64,000 bases of DNA from a bacterium (GTDB taxonomy: Bacteria; Patescibacteriota; Andersenbacteria; UBA10190; CAIZMI01). Below the pieces are notes generated by a model, which worked only from the letters and a program-made list of their open reading frames with translations, was not told the DNA's origin and searched no databases. Both the position numbers and the translations under genes were made by a program. Location: the NCBI GenBank assembly GCA_030647555.1, contig JAUSJG010000007.1, positions 36,169 to 100,168 on the forward strand, written 5' to 3'. This document shows positions 39,845 through 50,969 of this stretch, piece after piece. Numbering within the stretch: the stretch's first letter is position 1; the number at the start of each line of letters is the position of its first letter.

Positions 39845-40783
39845 TTATATTATTCCCCTGAAATACCCAATCGTCTTTTTCAAACCTTCTTCAAGCTCCA
39901 CTTTTGGTTCCCACTTTAGGAATTTTTTGGCGAGGGTGATATCAGGCTGGCGTTTCTTGGGATCGTCATCGGGAATTGTTTTGTACACTATTTCCGATTT
40001 GGAACCAATTAATTTTACAATCCGGTTTGCCAGTTCTCCAACGGTTATTTCCACCGGATTCCCCAAATTTACCGGACCAATCATTTCCGTGTTCTCCATC
40101 ATGCGCACTAACCCGTCAACCAAATCATCGACGTAACAAAAACTACGCGTATGGGTTCCGTCGCCATAAATAGTAATCGGTTCGTTCTTCAACGCCTGAA
40201 TAATAAAATTAGAGACCACCCGCCCATCGTTTGGATGCATCCTTGGACCATAGGTATTAAATATCCGCACAATGCGAATATCTACATTATTTTGACGGTG
40301 ATAACTCATAAACAAAGATTCCGCGACACGTTTTCCTTCATCATAACAACTGCGCAAGCCAAGTGGATTAACGTTACCCCAATAAGTTTCTTTTTGCGGA
40401 TGTTCGTTAGGATCGCCATACACTTCCGACGTCGATGTTTGCAAAATTCGCGCTTTCACGCGCTTGGCGAGACCCAACATATTCACTACTCCAACAGTAG
40501 AGGTTTTAATCGTTTTAATCGGATTGTATTGATAGTGCACTGGACTGGCCGGACAAGCGAGATTATAAATCTGATCCACTTCTACCGTTAACGGATCCGT
40601 CACATCGTGCCGAATCATTTCGAAATGTTTATTATCCAGAAGATGACGAACATTTTCTTTAGAACCGGTAAAAAAATTATCGGCACAAATTACCTCGTGA
40701 CCATCATTCAAAAGACGCTCGCACAAGTGACTACCAATGAATCCCGCCCCACCGGTTACTAATACCGTTTTTTGGTTTTTCAT
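39845..40783 (-). CDS. UDP-glucuronic acid decarboxylase (UXS-like SDR)
   Basis: [38 protein letters not shown]. Confidence 0.93.
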   Translation of the reverse strand: MKNQKTVLVTGGAGFIGSHLCERLLNDGHEVICADNFFTGSKENVRHLLDNKHFEMIRHDVTDPLTVEVDQIYNLACPASPVHYQYNPIKTIKTSTVGVVNMLGLAKRVKARILQTSTSEVYGDPNEHPQKETYWGNVNPLGLRSCYDEGKRVAESLFMSYHRQNNVDIRIVRIFNTYGPRMHPNDGRVVSNFIIQALKNEPITIYGDGTHTRSFCYVDDLVDGLVRMMENTEMIGPVNLGNPVEITVGELANRIVKLIGSKSEIVYKTIPDDDPKKRQPDITLAKKFLKWEPKVELEEGLKKTIGYFRGII

Positions 40784-40925
40784 CTATAAAAAGTAGCAAG
40801 ATTTTACCAATATTGACAAGTAGTATACGGGTCGGACTGCTGTAGCGGTCCGACCCGCACTGGTTCGTCGCCACCAACCAAGAGGTCGGACCGCTCGGCA
40901 GTCCGACCTTATAATAGCGTTTTCA

Positions 40926-40954
40926 TTGACAAAATAAGTAGAATAATATATACT
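40926..40954 (+). promoter_or_regulatory. Sigma70 promoter
   Basis: TTGACA-17nt-TATACT. Confidence 0.75.
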
Positions 40955-40960
40955 TTTTCC

Positions 40961-41298
40961 TCATTGGTTGAGACCTGGTACATTTCAAAACTCATATCAT
41001 AATCTTGACAATCGTTTTCACGATTGTTCTCCCGCATGGGGGTACCCAATATTCTTTGTATTGTTCGTTTATAAATTTGGTGCCTCCATGCGGGGGGTTC
41101 TTTTTTTGCGGGGGGCTACCTGCAACAGAGGAGCCTGAATATGTGGCGTAATTTTTCTGCCCGAAATATGGTCGGTTACTCGCTTTTTCTCGTAACACTC
41201 GTGTTGCTTGAACAAGTGATGATCTGGCTGGAACACTAACTTAAAGGATTTCATTCAGAGGTAGCTAGGACTGTTCTCAACAAACAGTCCTTTTTTTA
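40961..41298 (+). ncRNA. Candidate structured ncRNA (~330 nt)
   Basis: Consensus promoter, 5'/3' pairing, an 18-bp G-U-containing stem, terminator hairpin plus U tract, no convincing ORF. Confidence 0.5.
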
Positions 41299-41511
41299 TG
41301 TTCAAGCTCTAAATTTTTAATTTGAAATTTGAAATTTTTAATCAATTTGAAATAAATAAATATTTTAATAACGAATTACGTCCATCGCGGTATTTCAAAT
41401 TTTTATATTTCAAATTGATTTCAAATTTCAAATTAAAAATTTCAAATTCGAAGCCCCTAATACCAAATTTCCCACACAAGCGGGAAATGGTTTTTTGTCT
41501 GATAAAAAGTC

Positions 41512-42156
41512 CTATTTCTTTTTGGGCGTATCCCACTCCGCGTCATGCAAAACTTTATCCATGACGTTTTCGTAATCATAGATTTCAGCTTTCGTGAACC
41601 AAAGCGCGATTTCACGTTTCGCTTCATCCGGTTCCGATGACGCGTGAATCAGATTGCGAACCGAACGGCCTTCCATATTAGCCATTTCAATCGTGTCAAT
41701 TGTTAAATCACCACGGATACTGCCAACATCCGCCGAAATAGGATTAGTACTGCCGACCAACTGGCGCACATTACTAATCGCGTGAGTTCCCTGCCAAACC
41801 ATCGCGACGACAGGACCGATTGCCAAATAGCGACCAAGCTGATTACGAATCCACTGACCGATTTGAATCGGTGTGCGACTATCCGACAAACCATTTTTCT
41901 CCATTCCGGCTTTGGCTTTTTCACCCAACGCCGTTAAATACGCAACATCGTTTGTGTAATGCTTTTCCAAAATTTCTTTACTCGGCCAAACCATCTTCAT
42001 TCCCACAAGCTTGAGACCGGCTTTTTCAAAGCGACCGATGACATCTCCAATCAAGCCACGCTGTACTCCATCCGGCTTAATCAAAACCAACGTCTGCTGA
42101 CGCTTGATCTCCATTATTCTCGAATCAACCTCCGACTTTTTTTGAGATTTAGGCAT
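41512..42156 (-). CDS. ndk: Nucleoside diphosphate kinase
   Basis: IKPDGVQRGL, GSIRGD, NLIHAS. Confidence 0.95.
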   Translation of the reverse strand: MPKSQKKSEVDSRIMEIKRQQTLVLIKPDGVQRGLIGDVIGRFEKAGLKLVGMKMVWPSKEILEKHYTNDVAYLTALGEKAKAGMEKNGLSDSRTPIQIGQWIRNQLGRYLAIGPVVAMVWQGTHAISNVRQLVGSTNPISADVGSIRGDLTIDTIEMANMEGRSVRNLIHASSEPDEAKREIALWFTKAEIYDYENVMDKVLHDAEWDTPKKK

Positions 42157-42357
42157 ATGAGTAACAATATAGGGGAAAACCCATTTATTGACAAATGAGT
42201 AATACTTGAAACCAAATGTTTATAAATACCTCCAAAATTACCAATTATCAATGACCAATTATCAATTAATTTTCAAGATTCAATTTTCAATTTGATACCG
42301 TAATTGATAATTTATGAATTGATAATTAATTGAAAATTGGGGATTGATAATTGAAAA

Positions 42358-43221
42358 TTAGAGTTCGCATTCTTTCTCGCACCTCAATTTTACAGACCCA
42401 GACCCCACATTACTTTCCAGAGTGATCGTTCCCATCCGGTCTGTTCTCTCAACTTTTACTCCGCCAAGTCTTTTTAATGTTAATGGATTCGGATGCCCAT
42501 ACATATTTTTTACCCCCACTGAAATAATCGCCATCTTGGGTTTTACAAAATCCAAAAACGTGGTGCTTGAAGATGTTTTACTGCCGTGATGTCCAACCTT
42601 CAAAATATCAGCAGTCAAAACACTGCCATATTTTTTCGCTAAATAATTTTCCGTTGGTGCTTCTATGTCTCCGGTGAGTAATAACGAAACCCCCGGAACA
42701 ATTAATCTTGCAACTACCGAGGCATTATTGATGTTTGTTTTGCTCCATGTGAGTAATTTTTCATCCGGCGAAAGAATGTCTAATTTAATATCATTATAAA
42801 TAATAGTTTGCCCCGCCTCGGCGAAAACTATCGGAATTTTTTTATCCATAACGCTCTGGAGAAATATCCGATAATTTTTTTTATTCTCGATAATTTTTGG
42901 CAATACAACTGTTCCAACCTCATATTTTTTTACAACATATAATAATCCACCGAGATGATCTTGATCCGGGTGCGTTAGAACAACCACGTCAATTTTACGG
43001 TCCCACGCCGGACGATTTTCACCAAGACGTTGCAAAACGGTTAAGTCGGGTCCACCATCTACTAAAACATCAAAATTCCCCTGACGCATAAGAATCGCGT
43101 CACCTTGACCAACATTCATAAAACTCACAAAAACTTTGCCATCGCGAGAATTTTGCAACCACAGAGCCATACCAAGAACCAACGTCCCCACTATTATCAA
43201 AAATATCGCTCTGCGCTTCAT
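42358..43221 (-). CDS. comEC: ComEC metallo-beta-lactamase domain protein (split ComEC)
   Basis: VGQGD, THPDQDH, LTGD, KVGHHGS, NMYGHP. Confidence 0.88.
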   Translation of the reverse strand: MKRRAIFLIIVGTLVLGMALWLQNSRDGKVFVSFMNVGQGDAILMRQGNFDVLVDGGPDLTVLQRLGENRPAWDRKIDVVVLTHPDQDHLGGLLYVVKKYEVGTVVLPKIIENKKNYRIFLQSVMDKKIPIVFAEAGQTIIYNDIKLDILSPDEKLLTWSKTNINNASVVARLIVPGVSLLLTGDIEAPTENYLAKKYGSVLTADILKVGHHGSKTSSSTTFLDFVKPKMAIISVGVKNMYGHPNPLTLKRLGGVKVERTDRMGTITLESNVGSGSVKLRCEKECEL

Positions 43222-44798
43222 TTTTTCGCCATATCACTTAGTTGTTCAGTGCGGACACTATTTTTGTTCACACTGAACAATTCCCGTATCGGCCAAAATT
43301 GACGCCTTGTTGAACGAGACAAAATAATCGATAGAACAAATAAAAGAAAATAAAAGAGCACAAGATATCCGGCCTTAAATTCTACCAATTGAATATTGGC
43401 ACCGGGGAGTTTTGCCGAAAACTCGACTAGCCCTAAAAATATATCAGTAAGCGCGTGAGTGATAAAAAACAGAAAACCTTGAAGGAACGGTATCCAGCCA
43501 AAAATTAAAACCGCTACCCCCAAAAGCATCAAGGGTGGATAAAGCGGTGCCGCAAATACATTAGCAAGCAACCCAATAAGCGAAACCCGGCCAAATGAAT
43601 AGGCGATAATCGGTGTTGTTGTAAACATCGCGCACGCGGTCATTAAAAAAATATTTTGCAAACCAAAAGATTTCGCGCGAAAAGTAAAACGTTGGCCAAT
43701 GGGATAAAAAACAATTAATCCCCACATTGCCAGCGCGGATAATTGAAAACCCAAATCGGCCAACAAAATTCGCGGATTCGCCATTAGCATTAACACGACA
43801 GTCACTAAAAGAATCCGAACGCCATGGGATTTTCTTCCAGATGCCATCGCAATATAAACCGCCGCAACCATAATAACCGACCGAATACCGCTCGGAGGAA
43901 AATCAACAAGCGCGATAAATAGCGTGGCCAAAACCGCGGTAACAATCATCGCGTAAATTCGCGGTACGCCAATCATGGTTGTAATAAAAAATATCGCGAT
44001 GGCCAACATACTCACGTGTTGCCCGGAAATAGCCACCAAGTGCGCTAAACCGGAATTGGAAAAGTCTGTACGCAAACTTTTTGGAACATCCCGCATATAT
44101 CCCAACAATGTCGCCGAAAAAAGCCCCGCGTCCGGTTCCGGCAACAAAACAAAAAACTTCTCTCGTAAATCATTCCTTATCGTTGTAAGTTTATTTTCCG
44201 CGCCACTTTGCATCACTTGTATTCGCGGATTAAGCATCGTGGCAAAAATGCCATAACGGGCGTAATACCGACGCGGGTCAAAGTGTCCCGCGCTTAAAGA
44301 AAAATTGTCCGGTATGGCAATTTTTCCGATAAATTGAATATCATCTCCCGTTTGGATACTCTCCGAGACCGCTGTTTTTATTTCAAGCACGCCGGGCAAT
44401 ACATTACTTGTATTTTGAATTTTTACATTTTCAACTTGTACTTTTAGTGATAATCCGTCTTCTTCCACACTCTGAACACGGCCTTCATATTTTGAGATAT
44501 TTCCGGCAACATTTTTCCAACTTGCCATGTTTTGCACATCACTCCTGACAGCCAAATCACTAAACACCAAACCCATAAGCAAAGAACCGCTAAAAATTAA
44601 GCCATATCGTACCGCCTGATACCGTCCAAAAACACAGAAAATAAAACATACAGAAAATAACAAATAGAAAACATTCGCCACAACAGGAGAAAAAGTGCTT
44701 CCAAGTATTACCCCCGCGATATACCCAACGCAGAAATACGGAATTATTTGAGGATACATAGTTTTATGATAGTACGTTTTTTGGAACAGGGTGAACAC
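43218..44798 (-). CDS. comEC: ComEC/Rec2 competence channel domain
   Basis: GLAHLVAISGQH, RSVIM, GFQLS; multiple TMs; start uncertain (alternative 44759). Confidence 0.9.
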   Translation of the reverse strand: MFTLFQKTYYHKTMYPQIIPYFCVGYIAGVILGSTFSPVVANVFYLLFSVCFIFCVFGRYQAVRYGLIFSGSLLMGLVFSDLAVRSDVQNMASWKNVAGNISKYEGRVQSVEEDGLSLKVQVENVKIQNTSNVLPGVLEIKTAVSESIQTGDDIQFIGKIAIPDNFSLSAGHFDPRRYYARYGIFATMLNPRIQVMQSGAENKLTTIRNDLREKFFVLLPEPDAGLFSATLLGYMRDVPKSLRTDFSNSGLAHLVAISGQHVSMLAIAIFFITTMIGVPRIYAMIVTAVLATLFIALVDFPPSGIRSVIMVAAVYIAMASGRKSHGVRILLVTVVLMLMANPRILLADLGFQLSALAMWGLIVFYPIGQRFTFRAKSFGLQNIFLMTACAMFTTTPIIAYSFGRVSLIGLLANVFAAPLYPPLMLLGVAVLIFGWIPFLQGFLFFITHALTDIFLGLVEFSAKLPGANIQLVEFKAGYLVLFYFLLFVLSIILSRSTRRQFWPIRELFSVNKNSVRTEQLSDMAKK

Positions 44799-45019
44799 AG
44801 AACTGCCATAGCTAATTTTTAATTTGAAATTTGAAATTTTTAATCAATTTGAAATATCGTAATAGCTTAATTGAAAAACGCGCGATTATTTCAAATTTAA
44901 ATATTAAAAATTGATTTCAAATTGTAAATTTCAAATTTCAAATTCGAGAGACCTTAAGAAACAAAAGCCCCGCCTTTCTTAGCGGGACTTTGTTAGTATT
45001 ATCGTTTTATATCTCTACC

Positions 45020-46192
45020 CTAGCTTTTCATTTTTCGACGAATGAAAGTTGGTATATCCAAATCTTCTTGCGTACTCGGTTGCTGGATCGTCTTTTGCGG
45101 TGGTGGCACAACCGGGTGCGGTTGCGGTGGAGACATCGGATGTTCAACTGGTCGTGAATAAGACGGAACAGAGCTTACCGGACGTTTTGTAATCAAGGTT
45201 CGCGGTTGATCACGACGCTGTAATGGTTCTTTCTTCGCGGAATCAAAACCGGTCGCCACAACGGTGATACGCACCTCATCATTAGCTTGCGTCTCATCAA
45301 TCACGGCGCCGAAAATAACGCGTGCGTTTGGATCGGCATTCTCGGTAATAATACGAGCGGCTTCTTCCACTTCATACATTCCCAAATCAGATCCACCGCT
45401 AATGTTGAACAAAATACCTTTCGCGCCATCAATGGAAACCTCCAAAAGCGGGCTATCGATGGCCGCCCTGGCGGCCTCAACGGCACGATTCTCACCCGTC
45501 GCTCGACCTATCCCCATTAAAGCAGAACCTGCGTCGGACATAATTGCCCTGACGTCGGCAAAATCGACATTAACCATACCGTGTTCTGTAATCAAATCCG
45601 TAATACCCTGAACACCTTGGCGCAACACATCGTCCACAATTCGGAACGCATCCAAAAGTGAGGTTTTTTTGTCGATTACTTGAAGTAAACGGTCGTTTGG
45701 AATTACGACGGCCGCGTCCACACGTTCACATAATTCCGCCAATCCTTCATCGGCGATAATACGGCGTGCCTGTCCTTCAAACGAAAACGGTTTGGTAACA
45801 ATCGCGATTGTTAAAGCACCGCTTTCTTTGGCGATCTCCGCCACAATCGGCATCGCTCCTGTTCCGGTTCCACCACCTTCACCACCGGCAACAAAAACCA
45901 TATCGCTCCCTTTTAGCGCTTCATGAATTTCCTCGCGACTTTCTTCCGCGGCTTGCTGACCGACAGACGGATCCATACCGGCACCTAAACCCCTTGTAAG
46001 AGTTTGACCGATGTGAATCTTTTGATCCGCGCCGGAATGATGCAAAGCCTGCGCGTCCGTATTGACCGCAATAAATTCCACTCCTTTTATTTTTGCCTCA
46101 ACCATTCTATTCAATGCCGCGTTGCCGGATCCGCCGACACCAACGACTTTTATTTTTGGAAGTGTTTCTATTTTTGGTTTGACTTCTGCCAT
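45020..46192 (-). CDS. ftsZ: Cell division protein FtsZ
   Basis: GGGTGTG, NVDFADV, C-terminal LDIPTFIRR. Confidence 0.98.
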   Translation of the reverse strand: MAEVKPKIETLPKIKVVGVGGSGNAALNRMVEAKIKGVEFIAVNTDAQALHHSGADQKIHIGQTLTRGLGAGMDPSVGQQAAEESREEIHEALKGSDMVFVAGGEGGGTGTGAMPIVAEIAKESGALTIAIVTKPFSFEGQARRIIADEGLAELCERVDAAVVIPNDRLLQVIDKKTSLLDAFRIVDDVLRQGVQGITDLITEHGMVNVDFADVRAIMSDAGSALMGIGRATGENRAVEAARAAIDSPLLEVSIDGAKGILFNISGGSDLGMYEVEEAARIITENADPNARVIFGAVIDETQANDEVRITVVATGFDSAKKEPLQRRDQPRTLITKRPVSSVPSYSRPVEHPMSPPQPHPVVPPPQKTIQQPSTQEDLDIPTFIRRKMKS

Positions 46193-46349
46193 AAATCTTT
46201 GTTTCAATTCCTTAGTGGGTAACACGGCCAGAATAACACTTCAAAAAACCTTGTCAAACAAGCATTTGTTAAACCTGAACACTATTATTGTTCACGATGA
46301 ACAATAAATGTATATATTTGCCATCTACGCATATGAAGAACGCATTAAT

Positions 46350-46440
46350 TTAAAAGATGTATTTGGTATTTTGTATATGGTATATGGAGCGTAGAAAGCT
46401 TGCTGGTTTTCATATACTATATACCAAATACTATATACTT
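46350..46440. repeat. TATATGG/CCATATA-type AT-rich palindrome between ftsA and ftsZ
   Basis: TATTTGGTAT...ATACCAAATA arms. Confidence 0.6.
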
Positions 46441-46508
46441 TTTCTAAACCAATTTTAAATAAAAAGACCCACCATGGTGGGTTAGCAAATTCAAAACAGC
46501 ACCTATTA

Positions 46509-47753
46509 CTAAGGCATCAACGACCGAAACCACCCGCGAATTTTTGTTACTGTTGGGCCAACGGACGATAAATTCGGCATCTTTGAACTCGGTTTTGATT
46601 GATGCGTGTCCATGGTATGAAAAATCAATCCAACCGCCGTGGCCCATGCCGGATCATATATTTCATCAACAATTCCCGGCAATGGTTGCGGATAACCCAA
46701 CTGCGCCGGTAACCGTAATTCTTTTTTTGCCAGTTCAACAACGCCGTGCATTTTTGCGCCCCCGCCGGTAAGAACCACACCGGCCGGCAACAACCCTGAA
46801 CGTTGCACCATTTTTAATTCTTTATTAACCATTAAAAATATCTCCGCCAATCTTGCCTCAATAATTTCCGCGACATGACGACGCGGAATTTCAGTCTCTT
46901 CTTCCTGTTCATCCATATGTTTCAAATTGATAATTTGCGTTTTCTTTACTTCGTCCGGTATGGCTGTGCCCAATTCGACCTTAATTTTTTCCGCCACGTC
47001 AATTGAAGACCTTAAACCGATCGCGATGTCATTGGTAATATGCATCGATCCAATCGGCAATGTTGCCGTTTGAAGCAAACGGTTTTCTTCAAAAACGGCA
47101 ATATTTGTCGTGCCACCGCCCAAATCTATTAAAATTACACCAAGTTCTCTTTGTCTCTTGGAAAGAACCGCCTTCGCGGCAGATAACGGCGCGTAAACCA
47201 AATCTTCCACGGTCACACCCGCCTGATAAACACACTTCGTTAAATTTTTTATAAATGGCGCGGACCCCTCAATAATATGGGCGTCCACTTCCAATCTAAC
47301 ACCCGTCATCCCCAACGGATCGGTAATGCCATCCTGACTATCCACAACAAACTGTTGTGGAACAACATGAAGTATTTCTCGATTTGATGGAATAGAAATT
47401 GCTTGCGCCGCATTAATCACGCGCGTGATATCGTCTTCACTGATTTCTCCATCGGCGCGAGACACCGCAATTACACCGCGACTGTTTTGAGAAGAAATAT
47501 GCGCCCCCCCAATACTAACCGTGGCATGCTCAATCGGCGAACCGGCCATTTGTTCCGCCCGATCCAAAGCACTACTCACAGATTGAATCGTTTCTTCCAC
47601 GTCGGTAACGACCCCTTTTTGAATACCGGAAGATGGAACTACGCCAATCCCCACCACCGAAGGTTTTTCATTTTCCGGCGATCGAACCGCCACCACAACT
47701 CGCGTTGTGGTAGTGCCGACGTCTAAACCTACGATTAAATCTTCTTTAGCCAT
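46509..47753 (-). CDS. ftsA: Cell division protein FtsA
   Basis: GLDVGT, GMTGVRLE, DLGGGTT, LTGGGA. Confidence 0.97.
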   Translation of the reverse strand: MAKEDLIVGLDVGTTTTRVVVAVRSPENEKPSVVGIGVVPSSGIQKGVVTDVEETIQSVSSALDRAEQMAGSPIEHATVSIGGAHISSQNSRGVIAVSRADGEISEDDITRVINAAQAISIPSNREILHVVPQQFVVDSQDGITDPLGMTGVRLEVDAHIIEGSAPFIKNLTKCVYQAGVTVEDLVYAPLSAAKAVLSKRQRELGVILIDLGGGTTNIAVFEENRLLQTATLPIGSMHITNDIAIGLRSSIDVAEKIKVELGTAIPDEVKKTQIINLKHMDEQEEETEIPRRHVAEIIEARLAEIFLMVNKELKMVQRSGLLPAGVVLTGGGAKMHGVVELAKKELRLPAQLGYPQPLPGIVDEIYDPAWATAVGLIFHTMDTHQSKPSSKMPNLSSVGPTVTKIRGWFRSLMP

Positions 47754-47803
47754 AATTCTTATACGTTATCATACCACGATAAACAACAAACAATTTACTC
47801 CCT

Positions 47804-48187
47804 CTAATTGCCATCACTTAAATTCGTTAAGCAATACCCCGCTGTTTTGTTTAACAGAGGTGGAATGAAAATAAATAGTCCCACCAATACCGCGCAAATA
47901 GACGCCAAAAGCACGGCGGCGGCGGCCAAATCCTTTGTTTTTTTAATGGCTAAATGTTGCTCCGGATGCACCCGATCCGCGAACGATTCTATTGCCGAAT
48001 TAACATATTCCATCGCTATTACAAAAAAGATCGTCAAAATAAGCACCGCCCAATCAAGCGACGACAAACAAACAAAAAAACTGGCAATAAAAACCACCAC
48101 ACCAACAATGATATGTAGACGAATCGAACGATCGTGTTTTATCCCCACCATAAGGCCATGGAGTGCATATTTAAGGCGTCGAATCAT
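47804..48187 (-). CDS. dgkA: Diacylglycerol/undecaprenol kinase
   Basis: EYVNSAIE..D, KDLAAAAVL. Confidence 0.9.
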   Translation of the reverse strand: MIRRLKYALHGLMVGIKHDRSIRLHIIVGVVVFIASFFVCLSSLDWAVLILTIFFVIAMEYVNSAIESFADRVHPEQHLAIKKTKDLAAAAVLLASICAVLVGLFIFIPPLLNKTAGYCLTNLSDGN

Positions 48188-48630
48188 ATCTTTTCAAAAA
48201 AATTAATAATTTTGTTCGAAACTTTTTCCATCTCGTCCTGTTTCAGATCGGTATCATGATCATATCCGCACAAATGCAATAAACCATGTACCACCAAAAA
48301 ATTCAATTCTTTTTTTTCTTCCCTGCCTTTGTTTATTGAATTTTTTAGCGCAAATTTTGGGTTTATTACGATATCACCCAAAGAAACATTCCCCTCGGGA
48401 TCTTTATCAAAAATACTGTCGTCCTGAAGTGGAAAAGACAAAACATCCGTTATTTTATTAATTTTTCTAGTGATTCTATTCAGTTTACGAATTTCCGCAT
48501 CATCCACAAAAAAAATGTTTACCTTTGATTCTTTTGGTAAATTTAAAACTTTCCCCGCGCATCGCATTAATTCTTCAATAACATCCGCGGAGACGCGCAT
48601 CTTAGTATTATTTTCAAACTCAACCTTCAT
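48184..48630 (-). CDS. ybeY: rRNA maturation endoribonuclease YbeY
   Basis: TDVLSFP, LGDIVI, HGLLHLCGYDH. Confidence 0.95.
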   Translation of the reverse strand: MKVEFENNTKMRVSADVIEELMRCAGKVLNLPKESKVNIFFVDDAEIRKLNRITRKINKITDVLSFPLQDDSIFDKDPEGNVSLGDIVINPKFALKNSINKGREEKKELNFLVVHGLLHLCGYDHDTDLKQDEMEKVSNKIINFFEKI

Positions 48631-48648
48631 GTTTCTTTCCGGAAAATA

Positions 48649-49809
48649 CTAGATACTACAACGCGCCGGACCGGAAAGTTTGTCGTTGGGAGACGCAATG
48701 AACGGATTATACCCATTAACAACTTCTTGACCATCCAAATACCCATCTCCATCCGTATCCGGATTATTTACATCCGTCCCCCAACATTTTTCATCGGGAT
48801 CCGCCAAACCATCACGATCGGTATCAAGTTTTCCACCACTCACTAACGGGTCGTAACCGGCATCAATTTCTTGCTTATCGGTGTATCCATCCCCATCCGT
48901 GTCGGCTTTAAATGGGTCCGTGCCCAACTTGGTTTCTTGCGCGTCAGTTAGCCCATCACCATCCGAATCGGTCAATAAAAGCGTATCCGCGCTTGGCGTC
49001 GGTGAAGCAACGACAATATCGGATGAAGGATTTGGCGTAAATAATGATGAGTCTGTTGGTGACGTAGGTGGTGGTGTACTACCGGAACGAGTCAAAAAAT
49101 ACCAAAGCGACATAAAAATTACCGCGATAAATAACAGCAACACAATGACAACAATCGCCAATCGTCGCGGGCGAATATTTCGATCAACACTGGCCTCCGG
49201 TGGCGCGGTGGGCGGTGGGACACTTTTTCCCGATGCCTTAATATCATCATCACCGGATTTATTTAGAAGTTCCTCGATATCGTTTTCAACAGCACTTTCC
49301 GGAGCCACGGGCGCCCTCGGCACTCCAATTTTTGACCTCACCGATACGGTGTCAACAATTTCTTTAGCGGACGGTTCTTCTTTTACCTTATCAATCAACG
49401 CGTCTTTCTCTTTAATAACTTCAGGGATATTTTTTGGCCCTCTGCTTATAGACGAACCTTTTAACGCGGTACCTATGCCAAATTTAGCGGTAGAACTCTT
49501 CATCGGACTCGTGGGTGCGGACGGTAACGGACCCCTCACACCAGGCACAATCTTTGGTATCGATCTCGGGACGGCTGGAATTTCTTTAACGAGTTTTTCG
49601 TCGATAAATTTTACTTCATTAGGCAAATCATCCGAAACATCATCCACAAACGGTAAATCGGCAGGAGGTTCAACTCCGCCCCGCTTTGGCAAACTAGGTA
49701 TCCCCATTGATGAACTCTTTGGTAAAGCGGGTTTTGCCCCGGCACCCAAAATATCATCGGATGAATTTGTTCCCTGATTATCCCCTGAATTTGTTGTTTG
49801 TGTGTCCAT
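48649..49809 (-). CDS. Membrane-anchored protein with Ca-binding thrombospondin type-3-like repeats
   Basis: Pro-rich N-terminus, one TM, repeats DSDGDGLTD..E...GTDP..DTDGDG. Confidence 0.8.
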   Translation of the reverse strand: MDTQTTNSGDNQGTNSSDDILGAGAKPALPKSSSMGIPSLPKRGGVEPPADLPFVDDVSDDLPNEVKFIDEKLVKEIPAVPRSIPKIVPGVRGPLPSAPTSPMKSSTAKFGIGTALKGSSISRGPKNIPEVIKEKDALIDKVKEEPSAKEIVDTVSVRSKIGVPRAPVAPESAVENDIEELLNKSGDDDIKASGKSVPPPTAPPEASVDRNIRPRRLAIVVIVLLLFIAVIFMSLWYFLTRSGSTPPPTSPTDSSLFTPNPSSDIVVASPTPSADTLLLTDSDGDGLTDAQETKLGTDPFKADTDGDGYTDKQEIDAGYDPLVSGGKLDTDRDGLADPDEKCWGTDVNNPDTDGDGYLDGQEVVNGYNPFIASPNDKLSGPARCSI

Positions 49810-49945
49810 AATGTTAATTTATGCTTTATTACGATTTATTAAGTATGATGCATAACCTCACTTTTATTCAAGGCCATTAAATGAATGATGATATATGATT
49901 TATGAATGTTGGATGACATATTCATCGTTCGCGTTTCATAAATCA

Positions 49946-50389
49946 TTATTCATTAATCATTCTTTCAACAACCGCTTTCACCCGTCCCCCATCCACTTGT
50001 CCTTTTAATTTCCCAAGAATCGCGCCGGTAATCTTGCCAATGTTTTTTTCACCGGTAATTTGGCCGATAAAATCCACCACAAATTTTTCCAGATCGGCAT
50101 CGGAAATTTGTGCCGGCAAATATGCCTCCAAAATTTTCTGCTCCGCGAGCTCTTTTTCAGAATCGGCCATACGTCCCCCTTTCGCAAAAGCTTCCGACGC
50201 TTCGCGCCGTTTTTTAATCTCTCGCTGAACAATCTTTTGAAGTTCCTCATTTGGAAGTTCTTCCAGCCTTAACGCAATCTTTTGATTTGTTATTTGAGAC
50301 TGAAGCAGGCGCAAGGTGGAAAGACGCAGAACATCGCCAGCCTTCAAGCTCAAGCGCAAGTCTGCCGTTATTTGTTCAGCGAGCGTCAT
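49946..50389 (-). CDS. yqeY: GatB/YqeY domain protein
   Basis: KKRREA...GGR...E...L..YLP; located after rpsU. Confidence 0.9.
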   Translation of the reverse strand: MTLAEQITADLRLSLKAGDVLRLSTLRLLQSQITNQKIALRLEELPNEELQKIVQREIKKRREASEAFAKGGRMADSEKELAEQKILEAYLPAQISDADLEKFVVDFIGQITGEKNIGKITGAILGKLKGQVDGGRVKAVVERMINE

Positions 50390-50402
50390 TTATTATATAG
50401 TT

Positions 50403-50648
50403 TTAAAAACCGCCGGAACGTTCGTGAGTACGTTCTTCCAATTTGCCCAATTTCTTTAACGTATCTCTTTCATCCTTAAGTTCGGTTTTGCGAATCGCTT
50501 CTTTTCTCTGGCGTTGCTTGCTTTTCGGACGTTCGTAATAACGGACCTTTTTGGCCTGAATAATCACTCCGCTTTGTTGCACCTTACGGTGAAAGCGACG
50601 CAAAAGACTATCGAGCGATTCGTGCTCTTTTTTCTTCACTTCAAACAT
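50403..50648 (-). CDS. rpsU: 30S ribosomal protein bS21
   Basis: ESLDSLLRRF..K, YYERP; GAGGTGA SD. Confidence 0.9.
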   Translation of the reverse strand: MFEVKKKEHESLDSLLRRFHRKVQQSGVIIQAKKVRYYERPKSKQRQRKEAIRKTELKDERDTLKKLGKLEERTHERSGGF

Positions 50649-50687
50649 GAATAAAACTCACCTCTTTCTTTAAATTTGAATGCCTAA

Positions 50688-50716
50688 ATAGTAACAGGGC
50701 AACCAAAAAGTGTCAA
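50688..50716 (-). promoter_or_regulatory. Sigma70 promoter of rpsU
   Basis: TTGACA-17nt-TACTAT on the minus strand. Confidence 0.75.
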
Positions 50717-50969
50717 AATTCTGTAGACAACCGTCAAACAGGGTCCGTCCCTGCACGCCAGGGTCGGACCCTGATCGGCGTAGTAAAAAGTTTTCGTCGT
50801 CGCATACCCCTCTTTCCACACCACACGTAACTTTAGTAAAATGTGGTTTCAAAGAGAGCCACCCATTTGGGCGAGTCGCTCTGATGAGCGGGAATCAGCG
50901 TCGTCGAGAGGGTGCGTCCCTGCCGAGCAGGGTCGGACCCTGATTTGCGTCAAAAAAGTTTTCATCGCG

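Noticed and set aside
40961-41298. RNase P, tmRNA or SRP RNA assignment
   Set aside because: No GAGGAAAGTCC, no tRNA-like ends and no SRP helix-8 motif found by eye.
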